Counted from the stretch's first letter, positions 48,494 through 62,232 are shown. The stretch: DNA of 64,000 bases from Antedon mediterranea (GCF_964355755.1 NC_092670.1:32600388-32664387); one strand, 5' to 3'. Translations and numbers: made by a program. Notes: generated by a model from the sequence alone, not told the origin.

Positions 48494-50137
48494 AATACTA
48501 AAAACGTGATATATAAACTTTTGAATATAGGCCTACATCGTTATCCTTAATAATATAGATAGAAACAAGCCGGCGAAAGTTAGCATTTGGCGTTTCATAG
48601 AAAATAACGTTTTTCTGGCGGCGGCTCAACTTGGCCTAGGCTAGGCCTAATCACAATGATGTGTGCTTTTTGAAAATAATTTAAAACATGCAAGTTTCTG
48701 AAAGGATTGCACTGTTTTTAAAGTTTCATCTCATCGTAAGCCGACAAGGAATAGGAATAGCGTACGTATTTACCTAAAACTACGAGGCTAACCATACCTC
48801 CCTTGGCTAACCGGATCAACTGCCGTTTTGGCTCCGGAGTTTTTTTTAGGGTTATTCCATTATTAAAGTGGGGGTGTGTGGTTATGAATATTGTGTGCAG
48901 GTACGTCAATAGAAATGACATTGAGAGCCCTCTTCTGTCAGTTGACTGGTTCCCGGTCTACCGCCTTGTAATTGACTTAATCATGATCGAATTCCAACAA
49001 CTTAAGAATATACAAAATGTTTACATAATTATATAACAATGTAGACCTATCTAATAATGTTTTTACTTTTTTGCAGATAAAGGAAGATTATCAATAAAAT
49101 AAAATGATAAAAATTCCAGGCATTTAATATACGGTTTACTGATAAAATATAATGTACCAATGAAATAAACCTGGTGTTCTGAAACATATTTTAATAACTT
49201 TTGCCGGCCTAGCGCCTTTGTGTATCTAAATCTATCTAAATAATTAAGTTAGTACAGTATTAACAAATAAAGGGTTAGGGTTATGTATAATAAAATGATA
49301 GAAATGAGGCATTATCTAATAATGTTTTTATTGATTTTTTTTCAGATTTTTATAGTTTTAAAATTCAAGTACCGTTTTATAGCGTTATGTATCCTGTAAA
49401 TGCTAACCTAAAAACGTTATCTGAATGTTTCTTTTTACGTTATAGAAATGTAATAAAATAACGGTTATTAGTGAACCTAAACATTAACCAAACACTAACG
49501 TTAGAAAACCACTATGTGATTGCTGGACTGCCACAATAGAACAATAGACCTAGGTATGTTAAACAAAGAAATCACGTCAAAGCAGGGTGGAGACGGAATT
49601 TGAAGACAAAGGCGTTCTATACAAATGCAAATCTGGTGGTGGAATACAACACGATCAATGCTGACAGAAATTCACGTAAACTCTGCAGTAAAAAAAATGT
49701 ATTAACATTATTTGCGTATTAAATCACTATATAAAAGCTTGTTTAATTAATATACTGTACAATAATAACCGTACTATGATTTTCTTTTTTAACCTGTTTT
49801 GAACGTCTCTTTTATCTACTACAAGGAATAATTTCGCCAGTGTGGCATAGCAAAAAAGCTATACAAAACAACCTTATTGCTACACATTTCGAAAATTGTG
49901 TAGCAAAAATACAATACAAAACTATGTTTCCCGACTAAATCAGTTTGATTAGCAATTTTGCTAAAATTTTGAAATGAAATTTTTCACTGTACTACAGACT
50001 CCCACTTGTAATTTTAATGCTAGTCGATATATGATTTCTATACTGTACTTACTGTTTATTACAGCTCATACATAGTTGCTATTCTCTTGAGGCTCAAGAC
50101 GACCAAATAGACAGTTTGATATCCAAGTACAACTTGT

Positions 50138-50780
50138 AACTAGAATTTAATTCGTCACTTTGACGAATTATAGGTGATCATTTTTATCATTTTATTGACA
50201 TTCATATTTTTTAAACATGCACCTACGTTAACATACAATCGGAAAATGTTGATGTATGCCATCCTATTATACGCTTATAGTGCTGAGTTGTGCCTAAGTA
50301 TATGCCATATACAATATGTACAGTATTTACTGTACTGTTCGTATATCTATATACAGTGTAGCATAGGTGAAATTACGGGACCCACATCATGTTCTAATTT
50401 TTTGGTATGATGACGTTGTCAAAATAAACTTGAAGATAACAATATCGAAAGATAATGAATTGAGTAATAAAATATAACAATTGGAAGAAAATTTGGCACG
50501 TAGAAGGGCGGTGCGCGCTATTTAAAAATTGTATAACTTTTACGAAAGCGATGAAAAAAATACTTTTTAACTTCAACTGGCCATACGGTAACGTCACAAC
50601 ATCCGATAGGCTTAATTTTTATATGAATTAATATAAGCTTCGCTTGACGACGTTACATAAATGTCAAAATGTTAACATAGTTCACAAAATGTTATGTTTG
50701 CAAGTTTCGTTGCGGATAACCAATAAAGATTTGATACAATAACAATAGGTGATCATTTTATTGTAAATGATCACCTAATT
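50138..50780 (-). mobile_element. Helentron-type HINE inserted in the Merlin-like element
   Basis: AACTAG + hairpin AATTCGTCA-CTT-TGACGAATT, subTIR AGGTGATCATTT at both ends; internal similarity to 17574-19682. Confidence 0.72.
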
Positions 50781-51364
50781 ATGAATATTAAATTCCTGCT
50801 TCCAGACGACGTCACACTTGGGTTTAATCAGACCTTAAAAAACCTAGTATTCGATTTTCTTTACCAAAATGATTATATATTGTACCGTTACTACTGTATT
50901 ATTCCAACACGTAATTGCTATTCTCTCTCTCTCTTTTATTTCTAGGCGTTTTTTAAAGATAAATCAGTCCTTAAAAACCTAGCTATTTTGGTTTGAAATA
51001 ATCATAACCTATTGTACCGTTATGTTGATTTGTTAAACAGTACAGTACATAAAATTTCATTAAATTCAATCTTCAATTTGAATGAAAAAGCTAAACGGTA
51101 GTGTTTCAAATTTTGAGTTTAAAAAAAAATGGTTGGAAAGAATAAATATTAATAAAATATATGTAATCAGGTTAAGAAACAAAAACCGCTGTAGCATAGT
51201 TTTACTTTTTTTTATCGCTGCACAAAGGTGTCTCATTGAAGCTTACAATATTACATAATAAAGCATATAACAATATCACTCATGCCGACATGGAGCTATG
51301 TATACAAACTAAAATATGGCACAGCGTTCTCGATTTGATTTTACTGCGATTTAAACCAAGGACC

Positions 51365-51500
51365 ATGCTGCCGAAGATAGGACCACATTTGTTTAATGGA
51401 TTTGATGACTACCTGGACTTTTTCCAACGAAGGGGTCTTTATCCAACTGCCAAGGATTGCTCGTACTGTAATGTACCAATGTACATGTCTACTCGTAACC
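51365..51500 (+). pseudogene. Putative first exon of a Merlin/ISXO2-like transposase (remainder deleted)
   Basis: accATG, MLPKIGPHLFNGFDDYLDFFQRRGLYPTAKDCSYCNVPMYMSTRN, then gtaagt; F-Q-x-x-G-L...C-x-x-C-x-x-x-M resembles ISXO2 N-terminal zinc ribbons. Confidence 0.55.
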
Positions 51501-54056
51501 GTAAGTGTTCTCATCATTAATTATTATAATTACATTTAAAAAGCGTAATTTAAATATTTATAACCTGTACCATTATATGTATACTTATGTCTTTATTATA
51601 ACCTGCATTTTATGTGCAATTATTTAGTAATTTTATGTACCATTTATTCAGTTACTGTAATGTAAGTTAAGTAATTAATTAATTGTAAGTAAATAATGAT
51701 GTAATTTAATAAAAAATATTTATATTATTGAAATGAATTTCTAAATAAAAATACATTGTCAATTTAATTTTGTTGTTGTTATGTTTGGTTTATTTTTTGC
51801 TATCCTATGTATTATGATAATTTTGCTATTCTATGTATTAGAATATTTATATATAACATATCAAAATCTTTTAATAAAGAAACTAAACAAAATTTGTAAA
51901 AAGTATACATGAATGATTTGCATTTGTATAGAACGCTTTGGTCTTAAAATTCCATCTCCACCCTGCTTTGATGTGATTTCTTTGTTTAACATGCCTAGGT
52001 CTATTGTTCCATTGTGGCAGTCCAGCAAACACATAGTGGTTTTCTAATGTTAGTGTTTGGTTAATGTTTAGGTTCACTAATAACCGTTATTTTGTTACAT
52101 TTCTATAACGTAAAAAGAAACATTCAGATAACGTTTTTAGGTTAGCATTTACAGGATACATAACGCTATAAAAACGGTACTTGAATTTTAAAACTATAAA
52201 AAACTGGAAAAAAAATCAATAAAAAAATTATTAGATAATGCCTCATTTCTATCATTTTATTATACATAACCCTAACCCTTTATTTGTTAATACTGTACTA
52301 ACTTAATTATTTAGATAGATTTAGATACACAAAGGCGCTAGGCCGGCAAAAGTTATTAAAATATGTTTCAGAACACCAGGTTTATTTCATTGGTACATTA
52401 TATTTTATCAGTAAACCGTATATTAAATGCCTGGAATTTTTATCATTTTATTTTATTGATGATCCTCCTTTATATATTCTTAAGTTGTTGGAATTCGATC
52501 ATGATTAAGTCAATTACAAGGCGGTAGACCGGGAACCAGTCAACTGACAGAAGAGGGCTCTCAATGTCATTTCTATTGACGTACCTGCACACAATATTCA
52601 TAACCACACACCCCCACTTTAATAATGGAATAACCCTAAAAAAACCTCCGGAGCCAAAACGGCAGTTGATCCGGCTAACCTAAATTACGCCGCCTACTAG
52701 GACTAAGCCTAGGCTACTACACTACGTACGACGCCCCGGCAAGGTTTACAGGAGGCATGTCTGTCTATATGAGCAGGGGCTCCGCGCTAACCTTTTATAC
52801 TCTCTCTCTGCCTAGCTAGCTAGCCTACACTATCACTACCCGGGCCTAGCTAGTAGGCTATAGCTTATGCTAGGTAGGCCTAGCATTTTTGGGGGCATTT
52901 TATTATCAAAGTGTAACAAAAAAAATTATTTTGTTCGGAAATAATAATAATGAACCGAACTTTGACTATTAGGCCTAGGCCCTAGGCCTACTAGCCAACA
53001 AACCTTTTATACATCAAACACACTTCTCCCCCGATCTTCCCAGGCCCACTGAGTGCATGCACACCACACACAATGATCGAACGACGAATGATTGACAGCA
53101 AAGATAGTGTAGTATAAAATATAGGAAGATGTTACACTTCCTATTCGATCAATGCACAAAAAAAAGCAAGATCGACAAGTTACATGGAGCTAAATTTAAA
53201 GGGCGCCTCGCACGTCGAGTAGGAATACGGAAGGTTATTGTATAGGAAATAGGCTGTATAACAGAAGAATAAATGACTGTAAAATTAAGATTTAAATTAA
53301 CTTTTTTTAAATTATTATTTACATTTATTTGTTTATCATAATAATCAATCGCTTGTGATTGGTCAAAACACTTGCGTTTCTAGTAATATGAAAACGAAAT
53401 TAAAGTACAAACGGGGTAGGCATACAAACGGAAATAGAATTAAGTTTGTAGGTATTGATGAATAGGTTTGGAGGTGGGAATGTGCCGGCCGGAATGAGGC
53501 AAATGACCGGATATGCAAAATCGCCACAAAAAAAATGTATATTCCCCATAAGAGGTGGTGGAAGTTGTACAAAGTGCTCTGAATACTATTTAAATGTGGC
53601 GTTTGATAACTCGTCGTTAGAGTGTTTCAGGAGACTCTATGTTAATTCCGAAGAAGTGGTAGTAGATTGGTCCGATGACGTCGCCTTTACTGCAATAAAG
53701 ATCCCAATTATTACATGATAATTATACGAATTTGACAAAAAAATAAACGTTTTGGAATAAATAGGCCTACATGCAGCGCAATCGACGGATATCCAGACCT
53801 TTGTGGATCATTGTCCCAGTAAAAAATTCGAGATATAGTATTAGTGCAGTTGTTTTTGCAACTTCTTGCAACAGGGAGACCAAGAGTTATCTGTGTTGAC
53901 AGGAGGGGGGTGGAGAGGAACCAAAAACTCTTTGATAAGTCTCATTCAAATGATCGCGATGTCAATGCGTGGTACTGATAACAGTTATCAAAATGCATAA
54001 CTTTTACTAATCCCTCACTATATTCTATTGTTATTGTAAAGAGTGTGCATTGTCAG

Positions 54057-54380
54057 ATTTGTTTGTTTGTTTGTTTTATCTTTATACTGGGTGACCTCTT
54101 CAGTCAAAGACTGATCTCCCAGAGAGCCCAGTTGGTGATCAGTGGCTGTGATGTACTAATACACCGGGGTAACCCCTACTCGTCTCGAAAGATGTAGGCC
54201 TACTAGGTTCTTTAAAGTGCACACGAGCAAGTTGTGTATACTGGACCTACGGTTTTTAGTCCTTATCCGAGAAGACTCGTTCTACCAGCAGAACCATAGA
54301 GTGAGTGAGCCTCGAACCCCTGCCGATGTTATGGCTACGTGATTACGGTTCCACTGTCTTAACCGCTCGGCCACTCACTC
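54057..54380 (-). mobile_element. tRNA-derived SINE with Deu-like domain, (CAAA)n tail
   Basis: On - strand: A-box TGGCCGAGCGG, B-box GGTTCGAGGC, GGATAAGGACTAAAAACCGTAGGTCC core. Confidence 0.82.
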
Positions 54381-56042
54381 AGATCAATTCAACTTTTATT
54401 AATCTCTATCAATGGTACAATAATGTCTTTTGCTGTTAACTTGTTGTTTTTGTCTGCACCAGAAGGAGGGTACTCACATAGTGACTTAGTCACTTTTCTA
54501 CAATCCGCCAGACTGGTGTCAGTTTTCCTGTGTTTGTATTCTTTATTGTATTATATGTTTTATATGTCTTCTGGAAAAATAAATAAAATGAATTGAATTG
54601 AATACAATTACACAATACAAAGTTACAACCAGAGGATCTTGCAAAGAAGACATTTCTTGTCACACAAGCCCCATAAACGAAAAGTGCATTTGTACATAAT
54701 TATAATATAAAAGTAAATAAGGTCCAAGCCCGTAGCCAGGATTTTTAAAGGGGGTTCTTTTTTCCCCAAAAGGCCCCTCTTATGGGAATTACCTCCGGTG
54801 GTGTAACCAGCTTATATGATTAAATATCAAACGATCAAAACACCAATGATATTGGTCACCAGCCACAAGAGCACCCCCTCTCCTAAGAGTTTTCTGCCCC
54901 AGGATCTTTGCCTCGTCATGGTTGGGGAAAGGGTAAGAAAAATTGGAAAAGATAGAGCGCTACAGTGGCGGTCGCAGACTCGCAGGACTATTTTAAGAGA
55001 ATTGCCCAAAGACTCCAGTGCTGTAGACAATGAGTATTTGAGCAAGATAATTGTTAAATGACACCCCTACATGGTACTCTCGCACGTAAAATTCATAATA
55101 AATTGCACCTCTAGTTCGACGGAAATGTCACTCACTCACTAGCAAACAGAGGATCGTAGCATAAATTAATGTTATTCGACCGGTAATAAAACATACGCGA
55201 CTAACAATAGGCCTATAGGATAACATTCTTGTTTTCGTTCAATGCGAAAATTCACGGGGAAGTTCCCGATGAAGGTACTTCTGGTACGGTATTACATTCT
55301 AATAACTGTACTCAATTATTGTAAATTTATTAGCAATTAATAATTGAAAAAAGTTATACAAAAAATCCGAAGCTGCTGCTGCTATAAATATATTGCGCAA
55401 AACGTTAAATTGTGTTATTTTCAATTAAATGCTAAATAAAGTCAGATGTTAAAACTACAATTTCAAAAATTCATTTTTTATTTATCTACTATAAACTTTA
55501 AAAAAGTGTTGTTTAAACCACACTCCAAAATAAAACAAAGACAATTATGATATGACATTTGCAGAAAGAAGCAAACGTTGCTCTGCTACCGGTATAACGT
55601 ACACGGTTCAAATTTCGGAACTTCCATAAATTACTACGGAAATTCGGCCTAATATTTACGGACGTATGGAAGTGAAGATAAATAGGGCACTACACGCATC
55701 GGAAAAAAACTATACGCACAATTATGATTTGGCCTAAAAATTGGCCTTAGATTATGGAAAACCCCCGGCAAAACGCAATAATTATGGACAAATCGATTAT
55801 CAGCCTTGGTAATATGCCTGATATTTAAAAGGAATGAATATAAGCTATATTTTTGTTTTGTCGCAAAGTTCATATGTGAATGCTTGATCCATTAAGAGGT
55901 AATCTGTGATAGTTTGTATTGCTTGTATTATAACACAAGTTCATTTTGGATTTTCAGTAAATTACCAATGGTTTATTTAAAGTCAACACACTGTAACTAA
56001 TCCCTCACTATTCAATCAAAAATTATTATACTACCATTGTGG

Positions 56043-57946
56043 ATTGCGTGATATCAAAATGGATTGATTTAAAACGTAACAAAGATACGACCTTGTCTGG
56101 TATTTATGCAGTGATGAAGCGGAGGATTGTTTTTCCGACATTACGCTTTCCACAAAGTTTTTGTAGCGTTCCATTTAAAATAATTTTTGTTACAAAGAAA
56201 TATTTTGGCTGTGAAGGTCGCCAGACTTACTTCTTTTACCAAAAAGCTAACAACAAAACATTGAACAATGATAAAATGCCGTAAAACTCTGTAACTACTT
56301 TATGACTAAGTCTATCAAGTTCCGAGTTTGCTCAGCTACCGACGCGGTATAATAATTCTCTGTTAATTCTGAAATTCGCTCTAATTACGGACGTATACGG
56401 AAATGAAGATAAACTGGGTACTACACGGAAAAATAAAACTATATACGCAAAACTATGATTTGGCCTTAAATTATGGAAAAACGCAATAATTATGAACAAA
56501 TTGACGACCCATATGATGGGTTTTTCCCGAACACAGTGTGTGTTGGCCTCCTTTCGTACCTCTCATCAAGAGAGAGAGATACATCTCCCTGCTCTCTGAC
56601 GCGCGCACTACAAGAAACTAGTCAATCAGAAATTTGATCTGCGTATGCTCAGAAACTTATCTACTTTTATAAAAATATCTGTGCGCGGTATAGTAGGCCT
56701 ATTGGTAACTGCTGTGCCAATTTACAAATATTCTCTTTCAGACTGGACTTCTATAACGTATAAATATGGATATTGTATACGAAGAAATGGGACTCAATTT
56801 TAATTTAGTGGCAGAAACAACATTTAGTATGAAATTAAGGGTGTTGCCCTGGCCACTAAGGCAACACCACTGGGTCCTCTCCTGCGCTAGATGCTTGGAA
56901 ATTAGTGTTATTGAAAATATCAGGATGTTTGGTAGAAAATATTCCTGATACTGTACACCGCACCGCGGCACCATACCAAACTGTTGCTGTTCGTATAATA
57001 CACTAGATATCAGCCAGTAATCTAACCTTCTATATGTATTTTTACGTCGCCAAGTAAATTGGGTTTTTGTTTCATGACTTATTCTCCAAATATCACAGAG
57101 CTTTGATTTATTATTATTATAGTACTATATTGTTGAAAAATGTATTGCGTGATATCAAAATGGATTGATGTAAAACTTAACAAAGACAACGATCTTGTCT
57201 GGTATTCATGCACTGATGAAGCGGAGGATTGTTTTTGTAGCGTTCCATTTCAAATAATTTTTGTTACAAAGAAATATTTTGGTTGTGAAGGTCGCTAAAT
57301 TCGTTGGCGCCAGACTTACTTCTTTTACCAACAATAAGCTAACAACAAAACATTGAACAATGATAAAATGCCGTAAAACTCTGTAACTACTTTATGACTA
57401 AGTCTATCAAGTTCCGAGTTTGCTCAGCTACCGACGCGGTATAGGCTTAATTCTCTGTTAATTCTGAAATTCGGCCTAATATATTACGGACGTATACACG
57501 GAAATGAAGATAAACTGGGTACTACACGGAAAAATAAAACTATACGCAAAACTATGATTTGACCTTAAATTATGGGAAAACACAAGAAACTAGTCAATTA
57601 GAAATTTGTTCTGCGTATCCTCAGAAACTTATCTGTGCGCGGTATAGTAGGCCTATTGGTGACTGCTGTGCCAATTTACAAATAATCTCTTTCAGACTGG
57701 ACTTCTATAACGTATAAATATGGATATTGTATACGAAGAAATGGGACTCAATTTTAATTTAGTGGCAGAAACAACATTTAGTATGAAATTAAGGGTGTTG
57801 CCCTGGCCACTAAGGCAACACCCCTGGGTAGGCTCCCCTGCGCTAGATGCTTGGAAATTAGTGTTATTGAAAATATCAGGATGTTTGGTAGAAAATATGC
57901 CTGATACTGTACACCGCACCGCGGCACCATACCAATCTGTTGCTGT
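56043..57946. repeat. Local direct duplication (~0.8-0.95 kb): 56043-56990 vs 57144-57946, partial third copy ~55605-55800
   Basis: Long near-identical blocks, e.g. ATGGATATTGTATACGAAGAAATGGGACTC. Confidence 0.88.
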
Positions 57947-58411
57947 CCGACATGACTGTGCCCTACACACACCTGGCATATTTTCAGTTCATCACGTCTC
58001 CTTGTGTTTTCGAGGAAATCATGACCCCCAACCCCCATCCGGGGGTGGGGGCTGCAGGATAGTTACAGTCCAACAGTATAAAACAAGAAATAAGGCCATG
58101 GCCTAACTTGGCTGGGAGCATTGGACAATTAGGTCTACTTGACCTGGCTGGGCTAGCTAAAGTAGGTAGGGGATAGCCTAGTAGGCCTAACAAATCGGAC
58201 AGAAAATGTGGAGTTATTTACATGTATTTGACTAATACAGTACAAATATAACAACATATAGCAAAATAGTCAACAAAATATTGATAATAAAATACAATCA
58301 TTTTGAAGTTAATATTGTGCCTTAAAAAGGGTTATTTGATTGTCAATTGGCTGTGTTTACAAACGGCTGCCAAACACGCTATGCCGGCTATGGGCAAAGA
58401 TAGTGTAGTAG

Positions 58412-59248
58412 CAAAGAATATATATCACAAGAATGAGTAATCCGCGATTTTCTCTGTAACAGTAATATTGTCCATGTGGTAGGGCGCCGCCATAAGTGTG
58501 GATGTATCTGGGATGTATACAACTTTTTGTGAAGGTTTCACTAATCAAATGCTGGACCACCGGAGTATTTTCCGATGATAAAAATGTTATCAACTACATG
58601 CCAACATCATGTTAAATACTATTTGAATATTTAATTGTTCGTTTTATGCAATTTATTTAGTAAAAACTGCCGTATAAACAGTTTGATTTATCAACCGGGC
58701 GCTACGATAGCGTGACCGGGCGTGTTGGTGTTTACGCGTTTTCACGAAGGATAGTTTAATAATATTCCTATATTTAACTTGTTTCTGGTAAAACAAATAA
58801 ATGTTAATGACATTTAACATTTTCTCCTATTAATAACATGTTCTTTTATACTAATTTATATCATAAAAACAATACTTAATTTACCGGGCGTACAGTACTA
58901 CACGGCAATGGTACAGAATAGGCCGTGCTGAGTAATATTCGTTGATTTTTGGTGTTGCTGTGTTAGGCCTTTTTTGTGAACTAACTTAGCATGTTAGTAA
59001 ATAATTGTCTGTAAAAGTGAATAAACACTAGTTTGTTAATAAATATGTATTATAAAATAGTTTACAATTGCAAAAACTATCATCATAATTCTATTTAATG
59101 TGACATGTATCATGTCTATTAAATAAAGTCTTATTTAGTATGTATACATCCACCCTTATGAGGGCGGGCATCACTCACTGGAGCTCTCTGTTACAAATTT
59201 CTCATGCAAAAATCGCGGAATACTCATTCTTGTGATATATATTCTTTG
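58412..59248. mobile_element. P-element-like MITE, 7-bp TSD GTAGTAG
   Basis: CAAAGAATATATATCACAAGAATGAGTA / TACTCATTCTTGTGATATATATTCTTTG; TSD at 58405-58411 and 59249-59255. Confidence 0.85.
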
Positions 59249-60348
59249 GTAGTAGGAAGATGTTACACTTCCTATTCGTTCAATGCAAATAAAAGCGAGA
59301 CAACATGGAGCTAAATTTAAAGGGCGCCTCGCACGTCGAGTAGGGATACGGAAGGAAATGTATAGGAAATAGGCTATTATTATAACAGAAGAATAATATG
59401 ACTGTAAAATTAAGATTTAATACGAATTAATATATAAATTATTTAATTAATTTATAGAAAGTGCAAATGAATCATATTTTTATGTTTTGGAATACAAATT
59501 TGTGTTTCAATTACTTGGAATTGTTTAGGTACCTGGAATATCTACCATATTTTATTTCTTTTATTTTAATGTTTTTATTTGCAAATCAACTTAACTTTTT
59601 AAAAATTATTATTTACATTTAATTGTTTATCATTGGACAGAGATAGAGAATTTAATACCTAGCTTTAGAAACACTTTTTATCAGAGTGAATAAATATATT
59701 AGGGGCCTATTACTGTAGTGGTAATAATAATAGGCCTACAATGTGTATGCCTATATAAGACAAGTTCCATTTCCTCTGAAATATGGTGTAAGAAGCATTT
59801 TTGGGTAGAAGCTGGGATCCACTTCATTTAGGATATTTCGACCTCGCTGATTACGAATATGGCGGATCCCAAGCAAAATTTGCATAATTAAAAATGGCGG
59901 CCATTTTTTATAATTACCCTATATCTCGAGAACCACTAGTCACAGATAATTAATTTTGGTCTCAAAATGTTTTAAATATATGTTTTTATATTCACTTTAA
60001 TGACACATTTTCTCAAAAAATGGATGCAAGTCTTATTTCTGACAGTTTGACCTTTGACCTTGATTTATCGTATCTCAGTAACCAATAATCGGAGAGACAT
60101 GAAATAGGGCTCAAATTGTTCAGAAACTATACATTCATATTTATTATAATGAAATGTTTTTACAAAAAATGGCCGATTCTACAACTATTGACCTTTCAAC
60201 TATTAGTCAAATATAATAATATTATAACTTTGAAAATTGTGGAAAACATGTGTGTTTCTATCCAGTTTAATGGCACATTTTATACAAGAATGGCCGATAG
60301 TATGGTTATTGACCTTTAAACTACAGCATAGGCCTACTGTATACTAAA

Positions 60349-61795
60349 TCTATATTATAAGTGAGAGAGTTTGTCTGTCTGTTTGTTTGTTTGTTCGTTA
60401 TACACATTTTTGTTACTGCACATAATCTTACATATGGGGTATCAAAATGACCACAATTGTACCGGGAATGTTCTAAGCTATATTTCAACATCATCCGCCA
60501 CCTAGGATCCAAGTTAGGGACCAAAATGTGGTCAAAACCCCCACTTTCGATGTTTGTTCGTTATACAAATTTCTGTTTCTGCACGTAAACATACGTATGG
60601 GGTATCAAAATGATGGAAATTGTACCCGGAAGGTTTTAAACTACATTTTAAAAAATTCTCCCGACTCCTGGGGTTTTTGTGGGAGGGGTGGGGGGGGGGG
60701 GGTGGTTGTGTGGTGGTTTGTGATGTCATTTTTGCTAGGGCTCGGGGTTGTAGGCTATCGAATTGTAAAATTATACTACAAAAGTTTTACAGTATTTGAA
60801 TTATCCTCAGCATGGCGTTTGGGGAAATATAGATATAGATATACATATTTTATTCATTAAACAATATGACACCTATTCAATTACACATTTAGCAAAGTAC
60901 TTTAACCATATCCAACTATTTATTGGTCTCTTGGATTGCCTCATTACAGACATCCATACCTGTGTGAACATACACATGTTGTTTACTGTTACTGTGTTCA
61001 ACTACATCACCAATCCTCCAAGGAAAAAAACGTACATTGTGGGAGAGTGGGGTTGGGAGATAGGGTTTGGGAGTTTGGTTTCAGGAGAGAGTAGGGATTT
61101 TGCTTACACCAGAATTGTGGTTGGAAACTGTTAAAGTATTTAATCATCCCTGGGAAGCGGATGGGAGTTTGGGGTGGGGATGTGCATGTAGGCCTACCAT
61201 GACCGAAACTGTATTTGGAATGTTTTAAACTACACTGAAAACTGCCACTGAGGGATTATGGGTTGGGAGTGATAATAATATAAATTGTACTGGAACCGGC
61301 TTCAACACATCACCCAGTGTATCTGGGGTGTGTTTTTTGTAGGGGGAGGAGGAGCGAAAATACTAGCGTAATGAAGTAGCCTATATGATTGGATTGTACT
61401 AGGAAAAGTTACTAAATTTGAACTGTCCAGGAAAGGAGTTAAGGTTTGTTGATGGTGGCTGGGGTGGTGAAAGGAGAAAGAAGGCTGGGTGCCCGCAGTA
61501 TCTAAATTACAAATTTTAATTATCAGGCAATATGACACCTATTCATTTACACAATTTACAACGTACTACAACCATTATTAGATCCATCGTAGCTATGAAT
61601 ACTTCTCTCAATTCGAAGCTTAGGTTGAATTGAATTTGTCCATCACTGGGAAGAATTTGTTTTTAAGAAAGAGTATGGGGTGTTATTGAGGGGTGGATGT
61701 TGGTGAGTATAGACAGATACTGGCGTCGGGTGTTATGTACTGAGAAGGCTGTAAACTAATTTTGAAACCCGCCCTGGGGCGGGTATAATTGCTAG
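60349..61795 (+). mobile_element. Canonical non-autonomous Helitron
   Basis: A|TCTATATTATAA start, (GTYT)n, 3' hairpin ACCCGCCC-TG-GGGCGGGT, ends CTAG|T. Confidence 0.8.
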
Positions 61796-61861
61796 TATAA
61801 TATAATTGCATAACTATGAAATTATTTATACACAATAATAATTAGTAAAATTATAAGATTC

Positions 61862-62232
61862 ACTGCCATCAAATATGATGTGTTATGATTTATATAGATT
61901 AAAAAAAAAAATTGAACACGCAAGTTACATTTGTTGAAATTTGAAGTTTGAAATTACCTGCCATCAATATGATGGATTATGATTATAGATTTAAAAAAGA
62001 ATTTGAACACGTCAGCTACATTTGGAAATTTGGAAATTACCTGCCATCAATATGATGGATTGTGATTGTATAGTACCTGCCATCAATATGATGGATTATG
62101 ATTATAGATTTAAAAAAGAATTTGAACACGTCAGCTAAATTTGGAAATTTGGAAATTACCTTTCATCAATATGATGGATTATGATTGTATAGGTTTGAAA
62201 GAAAATGTGAACACGTAAGCTACATTTGGAAT
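61862..62232. repeat. Tandem repeat, ~80-bp unit
   Basis: CCTGCCATCAATATGATGGATTATGATTATAGATTTAAAAAAGAATTTGAACACG repeats. Confidence 0.85.

Larger units (their letters stand above)
48813..52672 (+). mobile_element. Merlin (IS1016/ISXO2-type)-like DNA transposon derivative with very long TIRs
   Basis: TIRs 48813-49633 and 51915-52672, termini GGATCAACTGCCG/CGGCAGTTGATCC; perfect 8-bp TSD GGCTAACC at 48805-48812 and 52673-52680. Confidence 0.85.

Noticed and set aside
53455-55061. ORFs 53455-53718 and 54816-55061
   Set aside because: Short, no recognisable family motifs, not linkable by splice sites.
56766-58106. Duplicated ORFs starting MDIVYEEMGLNF
   Set aside because: A frameshift between the two copies, no recognisable domain and no splice pattern; treated as a non-coding duplication.
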